Below are positions 39,214 through 48,402 of a stretch of 64,000 nucleotides of DNA, piece after piece. Position 1 is the first letter of the stretch. The number at the start of each line of letters is the position of its first letter. Below the pieces are notes generated by a model that made no database searches, was not told where the DNA came from, and worked only from the letters and a program-made list of their open reading frames with translations. The position numbers were made by a program, and so were the translations under genes. The stretch comes from an uncultured Gammaproteobacteria bacterium (GTDB lineage Bacteria; Patescibacteriota; Patescibacteriia; Magasanikbacterales; GWA2-37-8), in the NCBI GenBank assembly GCA_964619625.1, contig CAZUFD010000002.1, positions 14,582 to 78,581 on the forward strand, read 5' to 3'.

Positions 39214-39286
39214 AGCCGTCTCGGGGATTCGAACCCCGGACCCACAGTTTACAAAACTGTTGCTCTACCAGCTGAGCTAAGACGGC
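39214..39286 (-). tRNA. tRNA-Thr(TGT)
   Basis: GCCGTCT/AGACGGC acceptor stem; loop TTTGTAA. Confidence 0.94.
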
Positions 39287-39313
39287 ACTTCACTGGCCTC
39301 GTCATGCCAGTCT

Positions 39314-40216
39314 TTATATTTTATAAATTCTATCTTTAAGGCTATGTAATTTCTGATTTTCGGGATTGACTAACCGCAAATCGCCATACGCCTTGATAGC
39401 TAATGGCTTATCGCCGCATATTATAGCAATTTCAATCAGGAAGTCAAGGTACTTTGGATTTTGAGGTTCTAGCTCTACAGCCTGCAATATGGACTCTTTA
39501 GCCACCTGGGGCTGGCCAACCTTTAACAGCAGTTCGGAAAGGTGGAAAAACCGAGGTGAAAACGAATCATTGACCAAAACCGCCCGTTGGTAATACTCTA
39601 TCGCCTCTTCCAAATCGCCCTGACTTTCGGCAATTTCAGCTAGTTTTACGAGGACACTGTCATCATCCGGCTCCATTTTGATAAGGAACTGATACGTTTG
39701 CCTGGCTTCTTCTACGGAATTTTTAGCTAGATATGTATCGCCTAGTCCTCTATACGCGCTCGTGGATTTAGGGTCATTTTTTATGGCTGTAATAAATCGC
39801 TCTTCGGCTTGATCGTAATTTCCCTCATTTAAATGCTGCTCGCCCTCAATTATTAACTGTGATAATTTTTCTTCTTGGTTTTCCACCGGCAGAGCTTCAT
39901 TCTTTAATTTTGTTTTTAATACCTGTTCGTGATGCAGCATGCGTTCAATTTTACCGACATAAATTCTAAATTGCAGCTGCAGTTTGCCCCACAATGCTTT
40001 GCGCAGCGGCCCAAAGATTTTCACGATCTTTTTTTTGAGCAAACTTGTATTTTCTTCAATGCGTTTATTTATAATCTCCTTTTTCTTGCGATATATTTTT
40101 TCTTCCTGCAAATTTTTAATATCTAAATTGGCGAGCTGCGGAAATTTATGAATAACAACAAACACGACTACTCCCAAGGCAACGGCACCGATTATTAAAA
40201 ATATCGCGGACAACAT
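39314..40216 (-). CDS. Membrane-anchored TPR protein
   Basis: N-terminal TM; TPR units AYRGLG..Y, A...Y..A...P. Confidence 0.85.
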   Translation of the reverse strand: MLSAIFLIIGAVALGVVVFVVIHKFPQLANLDIKNLQEEKIYRKKKEIINKRIEENTSLLKKKIVKIFGPLRKALWGKLQLQFRIYVGKIERMLHHEQVLKTKLKNEALPVENQEEKLSQLIIEGEQHLNEGNYDQAEERFITAIKNDPKSTSAYRGLGDTYLAKNSVEEARQTYQFLIKMEPDDDSVLVKLAEIAESQGDLEEAIEYYQRAVLVNDSFSPRFFHLSELLLKVGQPQVAKESILQAVELEPQNPKYLDFLIEIAIICGDKPLAIKAYGDLRLVNPENQKLHSLKDRIYKI

Positions 40217-40222
40217 ATATAT

Positions 40223-40969
40223 TTATCTAAAAGAATCTACAATCGCTTCCCAGCTTTCCATGTTTGCCGAGGCTGCGCCGACAAGCACGCCGTTAATATT
40301 TGGATTATTTAAATACTGTTGCACGTTTTCCGGACGCACGCTGCCGCCATAGAGAATCACAGGCGCAATACCGGTTAAGGCTATGACTTGTTTTTTGATC
40401 AGTTCATGCATGCGTTCGGCTTCTACCGGATCACAGGCCTGGCCGGTGCCGATTGCCCAAACAGGCTCGTAAGCCACAATAAGCTCTCTGTTTTCAGGCC
40501 AGGCAATAGTATGGAACGCAGATCTGATTTGAGTTTCAATTGTCTCTTCAGTTTTATTACTCTGTCTTTCATGTTCTGTTTCACCCACACAAATTACGGG
40601 CACAAGACTCGCGGCCAGCGCGGCTTCTACTTTTTGTCTGACCTCGTGATTGGTCTCATTAAATATATGACGCCGTTCAGAATGACCCACCAGCGCGTAG
40701 GTACAACCCGCGGCTTTATACATAAGGGCTGAAATTTCGCCGGTATAACCGCCTTTATCTACCCAATAAACATTTTGTGCGCCGACACTAATAGGCGTAT
40801 CTTTTAAAGTTTTAGATACATCGGACAGCGCCAGAGCGCTTGGAAAAACCGCCATAACAATATGTTCCGGCAGCGTTAACTTTTTCGCGAGCGCCAAAGC
40901 CAATGCCTCACTTTCACTGTGATCCAAGTACATTTTCCAATTGGCGAATAAATATTTTTTGTCGCTCAT
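40223..40969 (-). CDS. tpiA: Triosephosphate isomerase
   Basis: NWKM, GHSERR, AYEPVWAIGTG, LYGGSV. Confidence 0.98.
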   Translation of the reverse strand: MSDKKYLFANWKMYLDHSESEALALALAKKLTLPEHIVMAVFPSALALSDVSKTLKDTPISVGAQNVYWVDKGGYTGEISALMYKAAGCTYALVGHSERRHIFNETNHEVRQKVEAALAASLVPVICVGETEHERQSNKTEETIETQIRSAFHTIAWPENRELIVAYEPVWAIGTGQACDPVEAERMHELIKKQVIALTGIAPVILYGGSVRPENVQQYLNNPNINGVLVGAASANMESWEAIVDSFR

Positions 40970-41010
40970 ATTTATCCTATTAAAGGTGAATTATTTTTAA
41001 ATAAAGTGAG

Positions 41011-42297
41011 TTAGTGTTTTAACAACTCTAAAACTTTGGCTTTGTTCATTGGGCTGATAACGGCAAAACGAGCTTGGCTCATATTAAATATTTTATTAGC
41101 TATTCGTTTTACATCCGCGGCTGTAACCTTATTTATTTTTTTCACCACTTGTTCGTATGTTTGAATTGTGTCGGCAAACCAAAACTGCTTGGAAAACCAT
41201 TGGGCCTGGGCGCTGGAATTTTCCATTGATAATTCCATGCGTCCGGCAATATTGCTTTTCGCATCCGCCAGTTCTTTAGCCGAAACTGTTTCTTTTTGAA
41301 TTTTTTCTAACTCGGTTTTTATCACTTTCACGGCATCCCCCAGTCTGGATGGATCAAGACCGGCTTGAATACTGGCAATACCGACATCTTTAAAAGATCC
41401 GGAATCAGTACGAACCACATACGCTAAACCTCGCTTTTCGCGCACTTCCACAAACAGTCGCGAACTCATGCCGCCGCCTAAAATATTTAAGAGCACCGAG
41501 AGCGCGTATCTGTCTTTATCATTATAATGAAGACCGGGAAAACCCATAATCATCTGCGCTTGATCCAGTTTTCTTTCGGAAACCATGACTCTGTCAGCCA
41601 ACGGCAGCGCTTTATTGCTCCAGACAAATTTTTTAAATTTATTTTTTAATTCTTTTTCCCCGGCGCCGGTAGGAGCATTAAAACAGTTGAGGGCTTTTTT
41701 TAATTTTGACTCATTTATGTTACCGGCTACCACAAGCACCATATTGCCCGGGAAATAATAATTCTTATAGTATTTCCATAACTGCTCGCGACTTACACCG
41801 CGTACGGTTTCCGGCGTACCGCCGATATCCCATCCGAGCGGATGATCATCGCCAAACATTACGCGTTCGGACAAATTTTCCACGGCCATTACGGGATTAT
41901 CTTCATACATGCGAACCTCCTCCACGATCACGCCTTTTTCCTTTTCTACTTCTTCGGTTTCAAATTTAGAATTAAAAATTATATCTGCCAGCCAATCAAA
42001 GGCTTTTTCCATATTTACTTCACCGGTTTTTACGTAATAACCGGTGTAATCTTTGGAAGTAAACGCGTTATACTCCGCTCCAAACGCGTCCAGTTCACGG
42101 GTGATTTCCAAATGAGTCGGACGTTTTTTCGTGCCTTTAAACATCATGTGTTCCACGAAATGGGAAGAGCCTGACATTTGTTTTTGCTCATAACGGGAAC
42201 CAACCGGAAACATAGCCATGATAGTAAGGGCTTTGGTGCCGCTAACGGGAACCTTGATAAGCGTAATGCCATTTTTTAATTTGGAAATTTTGTACAT
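41011..42297 (-). CDS. M16 family (pitrilysin-like) zinc peptidase
   Basis: HFVEHMMFKGT, NAFT, LGGGMSSRLF.EVREKRGLAY. Confidence 0.95.
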   Translation of the reverse strand: MYKISKLKNGITLIKVPVSGTKALTIMAMFPVGSRYEQKQMSGSSHFVEHMMFKGTKKRPTHLEITRELDAFGAEYNAFTSKDYTGYYVKTGEVNMEKAFDWLADIIFNSKFETEEVEKEKGVIVEEVRMYEDNPVMAVENLSERVMFGDDHPLGWDIGGTPETVRGVSREQLWKYYKNYYFPGNMVLVVAGNINESKLKKALNCFNAPTGAGEKELKNKFKKFVWSNKALPLADRVMVSERKLDQAQMIMGFPGLHYNDKDRYALSVLLNILGGGMSSRLFVEVREKRGLAYVVRTDSGSFKDVGIASIQAGLDPSRLGDAVKVIKTELEKIQKETVSAKELADAKSNIAGRMELSMENSSAQAQWFSKQFWFADTIQTYEQVVKKINKVTAADVKRIANKIFNMSQARFAVISPMNKAKVLELLKH

Positions 42298-42300
42298 ACG

Positions 42301-43683
42301 TTAATTATCAAACTTTTCTTTCAAATAATTTTTTAAGTCTTCCATAGCTATTCTTTCTTGGGCCATAGTATCTCTATCTCGCACCGTCACTTTTTTGTCT
42401 TCCAGTGAATCAAAATCAAGCGTTACGCAATATGGCGTACCGATTTCATCCTGGCGGCGATAGCGTTTGCCGATACTTTGGGTTTCGTCATATTCCACCG
42501 AGAAATCTTTGCGCAAGTTTGCTGCCAACTCTTTGGCTACGCTAGATAATTCTTCTTTTTTGGATAATGGTAACACTGCCACTTGAATTGGAGCCAAATG
42601 TTTTGGAAACTTCATTACGATACGCGCTTCAGTTTCGCCTTTTTCGGCGGTTGGCGCTTCTTCTTCATGATAGGCTTCAAGCAAACATACCAAGAGCATA
42701 CGATCTATACCAAAGGTAGGCTCTATAACGTGAGGGACAAATTTTTCGTTTGTTTCCGGATCAGTATAGTGTAAATCCTGGCCGCTGACGGTTTCATGCC
42801 GGGATAAATCAAAATCCGTGCGATAGGCAATGCCGTGGAGTTCTTTGACGCCAAACGGATATTTATATTCAATATCAACCGTGCGTTTGCTGTAGTGCGC
42901 TCGTTCGCCATCCGGGATTTCATGCCAAACTAAATTATCCATATTTATTTGCATAATATCCTTCCACCAGCGCTTTATTTCTCCCAGCCACATTTCAAAA
43001 ACTGTTTCCCAATCTTTTGGGCTGATAAAATACTCAAATTCACCGATTTCAAATTCACGAGTGCGGAAAATAAAATTGCCCGGCGTGATCTCGTTGCGAA
43101 AATTCTTACCAATCTGGGCAATACCAAATGGCAAACGACGGCGAGTAACATTTAAAATATTTTTGAAATTTACGAACATGCCTCCCGCGGTTTCCGGACG
43201 CAAATAGGCTGTGGTAGATGAGTCCTCGTTTACACCCAAATATGTTTTAAACATCAAATTAAACGCCTTTGGTTCTGTGAGCGCGCCCTCACAATCCGGA
43301 CATTTTAGTTCGGCAATTGTTTTAGCATTTTCTTTGTCATACCCCGGCTTGGCGCTCGCTGCTTCAAGTAAATGATCGGTGCGGAAACGGTGGTGGCATT
43401 TCTTGCATTCCACCAGTTCGTCGCTAAAATTTTGTAAGTGTCCTGACGCTTCCCAAACCTTGGGATTCATAATAATAGCCGTATCAAGCGGTACCATATC
43501 TGCTCGCTGCTGCACAAAAAATTTCCACCAAGCTTTTTTAATATTTTGTTTAAGCAAGTGTCCCAGCGGGCCATAATCCCAGCTGTTTGCCAAACCGCCA
43601 TAAATCTCGCTGCCCGGGAACACAAAACCGCGCCGTTTGGCCAGAGATACTATTTTATCCATTAAATCGTTTTGTTCTGACAT
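42301..43683 (-). CDS. glyS: Glycine--tRNA ligase (alpha2 type)
   Basis: RRGFVFP.SEIYGG, YLRPETA, FRNEITPGNFIFRTREFE, IGKRYRRQDEIGTP; ATG at 43683. Confidence 0.97.
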   Translation of the reverse strand: MSEQNDLMDKIVSLAKRRGFVFPGSEIYGGLANSWDYGPLGHLLKQNIKKAWWKFFVQQRADMVPLDTAIIMNPKVWEASGHLQNFSDELVECKKCHHRFRTDHLLEAASAKPGYDKENAKTIAELKCPDCEGALTEPKAFNLMFKTYLGVNEDSSTTAYLRPETAGGMFVNFKNILNVTRRRLPFGIAQIGKNFRNEITPGNFIFRTREFEIGEFEYFISPKDWETVFEMWLGEIKRWWKDIMQINMDNLVWHEIPDGERAHYSKRTVDIEYKYPFGVKELHGIAYRTDFDLSRHETVSGQDLHYTDPETNEKFVPHVIEPTFGIDRMLLVCLLEAYHEEEAPTAEKGETEARIVMKFPKHLAPIQVAVLPLSKKEELSSVAKELAANLRKDFSVEYDETQSIGKRYRRQDEIGTPYCVTLDFDSLEDKKVTVRDRDTMAQERIAMEDLKNYLKEKFDN

Positions 43684-43690
43684 ATACCTA

Positions 43691-43719
43691 TTGACAGTTG
43701 CTAAAATTATGTTTATACT
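43691..43719 (+). promoter_or_regulatory. Sigma70 promoter firing antisense to the glyS leader
   Basis: TTGACA-17nt-TATACT. Confidence 0.75.
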
Positions 43720-43725
43720 ATTGGC

Positions 43726-43831
43726 TCCGGCATTGTAGTAAGTCAACGGGCGTTTACCTGACAGCCGCGGGATTCCCCCCTCCCAAGGCAAGGTTGCCCT
43801 TACGACACTCTACTTTGCCGGACTTTTTTTT
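43726..43831 (+). ncRNA. Putative ~100-nt rod-like small RNA, family not recognised
   Basis: Nested pairings TCCGGCA/TGCCGGA, GTAG/CTAC, GTC/GAC, GGGC/GCCC, ACCT/AGGT, GCC/GGC, GGGA/TCCC; begins at the predicted TSS and ends in T8. Confidence 0.65.
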
Positions 43832-43857
43832 AAATTATTATACCAAAGTTTTACTAA

Positions 43858-43995
43858 ACAAAAAAGGCCTCTGTAGGCCTTGGGGTCCCGATTCTATCGG
43901 GATGGTTCCACCCAAGTTTTTTTCGCTATTCTCAGCGAAAAACACTCTTTTGAATTACAGCTTACTCCAAAGGCGCCAACCTTCTTCATCGCTTG
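43858..43995 (-). promoter_or_regulatory. Glycine T-box riboswitch with ultrashort Stem I, upstream of glyS
   Basis: GCGATGA..GGAGT K-turn-like; GAAGG-TTGGCG-CCTTT with GGC specifier; Stem III TTTTTCGCT/AGCGAAAAA; antiterminator TTGGG-TGGAACC-hairpin-CCCAA; terminator AAGGCCT/AGGCCTT plus T-tract. Confidence 0.8.
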
Positions 43996-44010
43996 CCGAA
44001 CTCTGTATAA

Positions 44011-44039
44011 ATTATACCTAAATTATGCAGAATAGTCAA
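44011..44039 (-). promoter_or_regulatory. Promoter of the T-box/glyS transcript
   Basis: TTGACT-17nt-TATAAT. Confidence 0.75.
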
Positions 44040-44656
44040 TTTATATCTTTAGTGACTTCGGCAGCCACATCAATTAGATCGGCAAATTCTTTTTCCGACA
44101 ATCCAAGCTCTTCGGCCGTAAACTTAAAACCTCTTTGCATATTAAGAAATTTATTATAAAAAGCATTTCTCACTCCAGCCTCTTCCCAAGGAACTTCTTT
44201 TAAGGCTAACTTCAAAAAACCGCAAGTCACTTTACGGTTAAGCATATCTAATTCGTTTGAGGAAAGTCCTAAGTCTTTCAGCTCAATTCCCTGTTCTTTG
44301 AGTACACCGAGAGATGTTTTGACAAAAGTTGTTAGATTATCTCCGGCTCCATGCCCCGGAGCGATGATTTCCCTAAACCGCGCGGCGTAATATGCTTTAA
44401 GCAATTCTTTTGCCTTATACTCTAAATTTTCCAACATATCCGTATACATACCTGCTGCCGGATCTTTTTTCTGGGTTTTGCAGAACTCAAGGGACTTTAC
44501 CACTAAAGTTAACACCTCTTTAAAACCATCTAAAACACTGACGTTTTCTAAGTAACCGGGAAGTTTACCAAGCATGTCTTCTACCTCTTTGATCCTGTTT
44601 TTAATGTCTTGCTCCCGCTCCGCATCCTGTTTCAAAAAGTCGCCTTTTTCTGACAT
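44036..44656 (-). CDS. Hypothetical helical protein
   Basis: 206-aa ORF directly after frr; two LGLS..E units. Confidence 0.6.
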   Translation of the reverse strand: MSEKGDFLKQDAEREQDIKNRIKEVEDMLGKLPGYLENVSVLDGFKEVLTLVVKSLEFCKTQKKDPAAGMYTDMLENLEYKAKELLKAYYAARFREIIAPGHGAGDNLTTFVKTSLGVLKEQGIELKDLGLSSNELDMLNRKVTCGFLKLALKEVPWEEAGVRNAFYNKFLNMQRGFKFTAEELGLSEKEFADLIDVAAEVTKDIN

Positions 44657-44659
44657 ATA

Positions 44660-45208
44660 TTAAATTGTATTTATTTCAGCTTCTTTCTTTTCGGTAATTT
44701 CTTTTACTTTGTCATTATATTCTTTAACTGTTTTATCTAATTCTTCTTCCAAGCGATACTTTTCATCTTCGGTAACTTCGCCTCCATCTTCGGCGGCTTT
44801 TACCATTTCTTTTATTTCTTCACGCACTTTACGCAAAGCAATTCTGGCCGCTTCTTCTTTTTGGTGCAAAACTTTTATGAGTTCGCCTCTGCGTTCACTG
44901 GTAAGTTCGGGCAAAAATATGCGAATTTGACTGCCGGTGTTTACCGGATTGATGCCTAAACCGGAATCACGCACCGCTTTTTCTATGGCTTGCAGAATAC
45001 TTTTATCCCATGGATCAATATTTACGGTTTTGGCGTCCGGAATAGTAATAGAAGCCAAAGATTTTAAAGTCTGATAGGTACCATACGCTTCCACGGAAAT
45101 ATCCTCAACGATGGCTGCCGAAGCACGACCAGTACGAAGACCGGAAATATCTTCTTTAAAAAAAGTAATAGCCTTTTCAAAATCCCCCTTAAAATCTGAA
45201 ATTTGCAT
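44660..45208 (-). CDS. frr: Ribosome recycling factor
   Basis: LRTGRA, IEKA...LGINP, PELTSERR. Confidence 0.97.
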   Translation of the reverse strand: MQISDFKGDFEKAITFFKEDISGLRTGRASAAIVEDISVEAYGTYQTLKSLASITIPDAKTVNIDPWDKSILQAIEKAVRDSGLGINPVNTGSQIRIFLPELTSERRGELIKVLHQKEEAARIALRKVREEIKEMVKAAEDGGEVTEDEKYRLEEELDKTVKEYNDKVKEITEKKEAEINTI

Positions 45209-45214
45209 ACGGTT

Positions 45215-46294
45215 TTATAATGTTGTAAATCCTAAAAATATAGTTTTACCATTTTCTTTATTTATGAGCAGTTCTACCGGAATGGAATTAGTCGGTAGTT
45301 TTTTGGTTACCCAGTTTGCGCCGCCATCGCTCGTTTTATATAACGTAGACCGAATATTTTGATTGTTGTCTCCCAAGATTGTACCCGTGTAATACATTTC
45401 GGCAAGATTTTTTGGGTTCTGGGCAAAACCATAAATGTTTACACTGCCCGGCGGAGTAAGTAATTTTATCTCGCTCCAGCTGGCGCCGGCGTCTGCTGAG
45501 CGCAAGATACCATACTTGGAAATCCAGAACAAGTGATCTTTTTGGGTGGGGCTAAATACAAAACGGTAAAAACTCATGCTGCCGTTAAAATTTTCAAAGC
45601 CGGTGCTGGCGCTTGTCCAAGTTACGCCTTCATCTTCGGAACGATATAATCCGGTTTCATAGGCTGCGGCATACAATCGTCCGGGATTAAATGGGTCAAC
45701 TGCCAAATGCCGCAATTGAAAATTAAAACTATGCACCAAACGCCAACTGGCTCCGCCGTCTTTACTCCTAAAAATATCACCGCCCGACTGGGCCCCGTAC
45801 ACTATTTTTGAATCGGTATAATCAACCGCAATTGCGGCCATGCGCTGTGTGGGTCGCTCTTCAGAAAAAACGAGTTTCCAACTTCTCTGGCAATCGGTAG
45901 TTTTATAAATATGAGCGCCATCACTTGCGTAAATTGTACATTTATCGGTTGGGTCCACCGCTAAGGCGTAGATATATTTACCCGTCATAAACGGGCTTGC
46001 TTCCCAAGTGTCGCCATTGTCATAGCTATAATATAAACCCTGTCCTCGCGTACCCATATATAATGCTTTTGGATCGCTTGGGTCGGTAAACATTTTATAT
46101 ACCTTAGCACCCGACAAATTCTTTATGCCTTGCGCGGTAACCAAAGTATTTTTTTGCTGCCAGGTTTCACCGCCATCATTTGATGTAAACGCTCCCATCG
46201 GCCCTTGCGCGCTACCGGTAAATTGAATACAACCGGCACCGGTAAGCACTACGGCCATAACAAGCGCCGACAAGACGTATATTTTTTTAGACAT
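45215..46294 (-). CDS. BNR/Asp-box beta-propeller lipoprotein
   Basis: LTGAGC lipobox; repeated S.DGG.TW. Confidence 0.85.
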   Translation of the reverse strand: MSKKIYVLSALVMAVVLTGAGCIQFTGSAQGPMGAFTSNDGGETWQQKNTLVTAQGIKNLSGAKVYKMFTDPSDPKALYMGTRGQGLYYSYDNGDTWEASPFMTGKYIYALAVDPTDKCTIYASDGAHIYKTTDCQRSWKLVFSEERPTQRMAAIAVDYTDSKIVYGAQSGGDIFRSKDGGASWRLVHSFNFQLRHLAVDPFNPGRLYAAAYETGLYRSEDEGVTWTSASTGFENFNGSMSFYRFVFSPTQKDHLFWISKYGILRSADAGASWSEIKLLTPPGSVNIYGFAQNPKNLAEMYYTGTILGDNNQNIRSTLYKTSDGGANWVTKKLPTNSIPVELLINKENGKTIFLGFTTL

Positions 46295-46300
46295 AACCCA

Positions 46301-47239
46301 TCAACTTAATGATAATAATATTTGTTCTATAACTAATTTTGGATTTATATTTTGCGCGAGCAACATTTGTGATTTTTTAAAATTATCTATAAGTCCCACC
46401 ATTTGCGATAAAGACAATTTGCTTTTGGCAATGATTTTATTATCTCTGTTTGCCAGTTTGTCTAACATAACATCGCGCCATAGCACTGTCCAGGTTTCCA
46501 GCACACCTTGTAATTTCTCTCCGGCGCGCGTACTTTCGTCTTTATCGTTAAATAAATCATCCACGCCTTTAATTTTTTTAAAAAACGGCTCGCCAACTAT
46601 TTGTTCCCATCGCTCTAATTCACCCTTAAACTGCTCGTGCAACGCCGGATCAGCGCATAAATCAATAGCTCGTCCCGGTCTGCCCCATGATAATTTGGCG
46701 GCTTCGCTCGCGATCTTTTTATCATTTCCCAATTTTATTAAATTCTGCTCAATCTCGGATTCGCTTACCAGTGGAAAATATATTATCTGGCAACGCGAGC
46801 GAATTGTAGAGAGCAGCTTGCTATCATCGGCCACAAGTAAAAAAAATACTCTATCGTTTCCCGCTTCTTCCAAAATTTTTAAGAGTGCGTTTCCGGATTC
46901 TTCGTTAAGCAGTTCGGCTTCATCTATGATTACCGACTGATGGCCGCCAAACCAAGACTTGCGTCCCAAACGCTCTTTAATGCTGCGCGCCTGGGCAATA
47001 GAAATTTCTTTTTTTAATTTTCCGGTTTTTTCGTCAACTTGACGGGATAAATAATAAAAATCGGGGTGGGTGTCTAATTTGGCTTCGTCTACTTTTAACA
47101 ATGTAGCTGAAAAATATCTAGCCACGGTTTTTTTTCCAACTTGTTCCTTGCCCACGAAACAATATGCCTGCGACAAAGAATTTTTGGCGATAAGGTTTTC
47201 AAAAAAAGAAATAATTTTACCGTGCCCGATAATAGACAT
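46301..47239 (-). CDS. holB: DNA polymerase III subunit delta'
   Basis: IIGH, GKEQVGK, HPD, IIDEAE, NALLKILEE, TIRSRC. Confidence 0.9.
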   Translation of the reverse strand: MSIIGHGKIISFFENLIAKNSLSQAYCFVGKEQVGKKTVARYFSATLLKVDEAKLDTHPDFYYLSRQVDEKTGKLKKEISIAQARSIKERLGRKSWFGGHQSVIIDEAELLNEESGNALLKILEEAGNDRVFFLLVADDSKLLSTIRSRCQIIYFPLVSESEIEQNLIKLGNDKKIASEAAKLSWGRPGRAIDLCADPALHEQFKGELERWEQIVGEPFFKKIKGVDDLFNDKDESTRAGEKLQGVLETWTVLWRDVMLDKLANRDNKIIAKSKLSLSQMVGLIDNFKKSQMLLAQNINPKLVIEQILLSLS

Positions 47240-47301
47240 ACAAATTTCCCAAACTCTATATTCTGCATTCTTAAGCTATTATACCACAAATCCACCGTAA
47301 T

Positions 47302-48309
47302 TTATTTGGTTGCCAAAATACTGCGTTTATAATTTTCCAAATTGTCCAACGCGATGCCCGTGCCTTTGGCCACGCAGAGCAATGGCTCTTCGGCCACATA
47401 GGTAGCCACACCCGTAGCTTGAGCAATGAGTTCGTTAAGATTTCGCAGCATAGCCGAACCGCCGGACAAAATTATGCCCTTGTCTATCACATCCGCGGAA
47501 AGTTCCGGTGGGGTTTTGTAAAGCACGCCTTTTATAGCTTCGGTTAAATTTCCCAACTCATGCTGCAAAGCTTCGGTAGTATCATCGGAACTAACAAGTA
47601 TAGTTTTCGGCAAACCGGTAATCATATCACGGCCTTTTACTTCCATGGTAAGCGGCTTTTCCATATACATGGCCGAACCAACTTTGATTTTTATTTCTTC
47701 CGCTGTTCTTTCGCCGATGGCCAAATTATATTTATGGCGAACATATTCCATGATAGCTTGATCAAACTTATTGCCGCCCACGCGAGCCGAACCCCAGGAA
47801 ACTATTCCGCCCAGAGAAATCACGGCAATTTCAGCTGTGCCGCCGCCAATATCTATAATCATATGACCCGAAGCCGCGCCAATTGGAATATCGGCGCCAA
47901 TTGCGGCCACCACCGGTTCTTTAATGATATATGCGGCGCGCGCGCCGGCAGCGATGGTTGCGTCAATTACAGCTCGGCGTTCGGTGGAAGTAATCCCAGC
48001 CGGCACGGCCACCATAACTTCCGGACGAAACAAACGCACACCGCCCAAAGCTTTATTTATAAAATACCTAAGCATGGCTTCGGTGGTATGGTAGTTGGCA
48101 ATCACACCATCTTTAAGCGGACGTTCGGCCAAGATCGCGTCCGGAGCGCGCCCAATCATATCTTTAGCCTCAACTCCTACGGCGAGCACTTTGCCATCGG
48201 CTTTAGATATGGCCACAACACTGGGTTCATTAATAACAATTCCTTTTTTTGGAACATATACAAGCACATTAGTCGTACCCAGATCAATGCCGATTTTTTT
48301 TATAAACAT
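47302..48309 (-). CDS. mreB: Rod shape-determining protein MreB
   Basis: IGIDLGT.N, EPSVVA, PLKDGVIA, DIGGGT, IGERTAE.IK, LSGG. Confidence 0.97.
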   Translation of the reverse strand: MFIKKIGIDLGTTNVLVYVPKKGIVINEPSVVAISKADGKVLAVGVEAKDMIGRAPDAILAERPLKDGVIANYHTTEAMLRYFINKALGGVRLFRPEVMVAVPAGITSTERRAVIDATIAAGARAAYIIKEPVVAAIGADIPIGAASGHMIIDIGGGTAEIAVISLGGIVSWGSARVGGNKFDQAIMEYVRHKYNLAIGERTAEEIKIKVGSAMYMEKPLTMEVKGRDMITGLPKTILVSSDDTTEALQHELGNLTEAIKGVLYKTPPELSADVIDKGIILSGGSAMLRNLNELIAQATGVATYVAEEPLLCVAKGTGIALDNLENYKRSILATK

Positions 48310-48390
48310 AACGAGTGAGTGAAATGGATGAATTTATTCAGACATTTTCGAGCGAGTTTTGTTTATATGCGGCTTTAAGCCCATATAAAC
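48307..48390 (-). repeat. Start-codon-abutting structured repeat, family A
   Basis: CATAACGAGTGAGT, hairpin, CGAGCGA, then GTTTATATGCGGCTTTAAGCCCATATAAAC. Confidence 0.75.
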
Positions 48391-48402
48391 ATAGTAAATT
48401 TT

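Noticed and set aside
39103-39339. 78-aa ORF
   Set aside because: Reverse-complement reading of tRNA genes
43684-43791. N-terminal extension of glyS in the ORF track (similar extensions at 12463, 32485, 38347, 56526, 60578, 62051)
   Set aside because: Extensions run through promoters, RNA structures or neighbouring genes; downstream ATGs fit better
43726-43831. SRP (4.5S) RNA
   Set aside because: Right size, but lacks the helix-8 CAGG/GNRA/AGCAG signature on either strand
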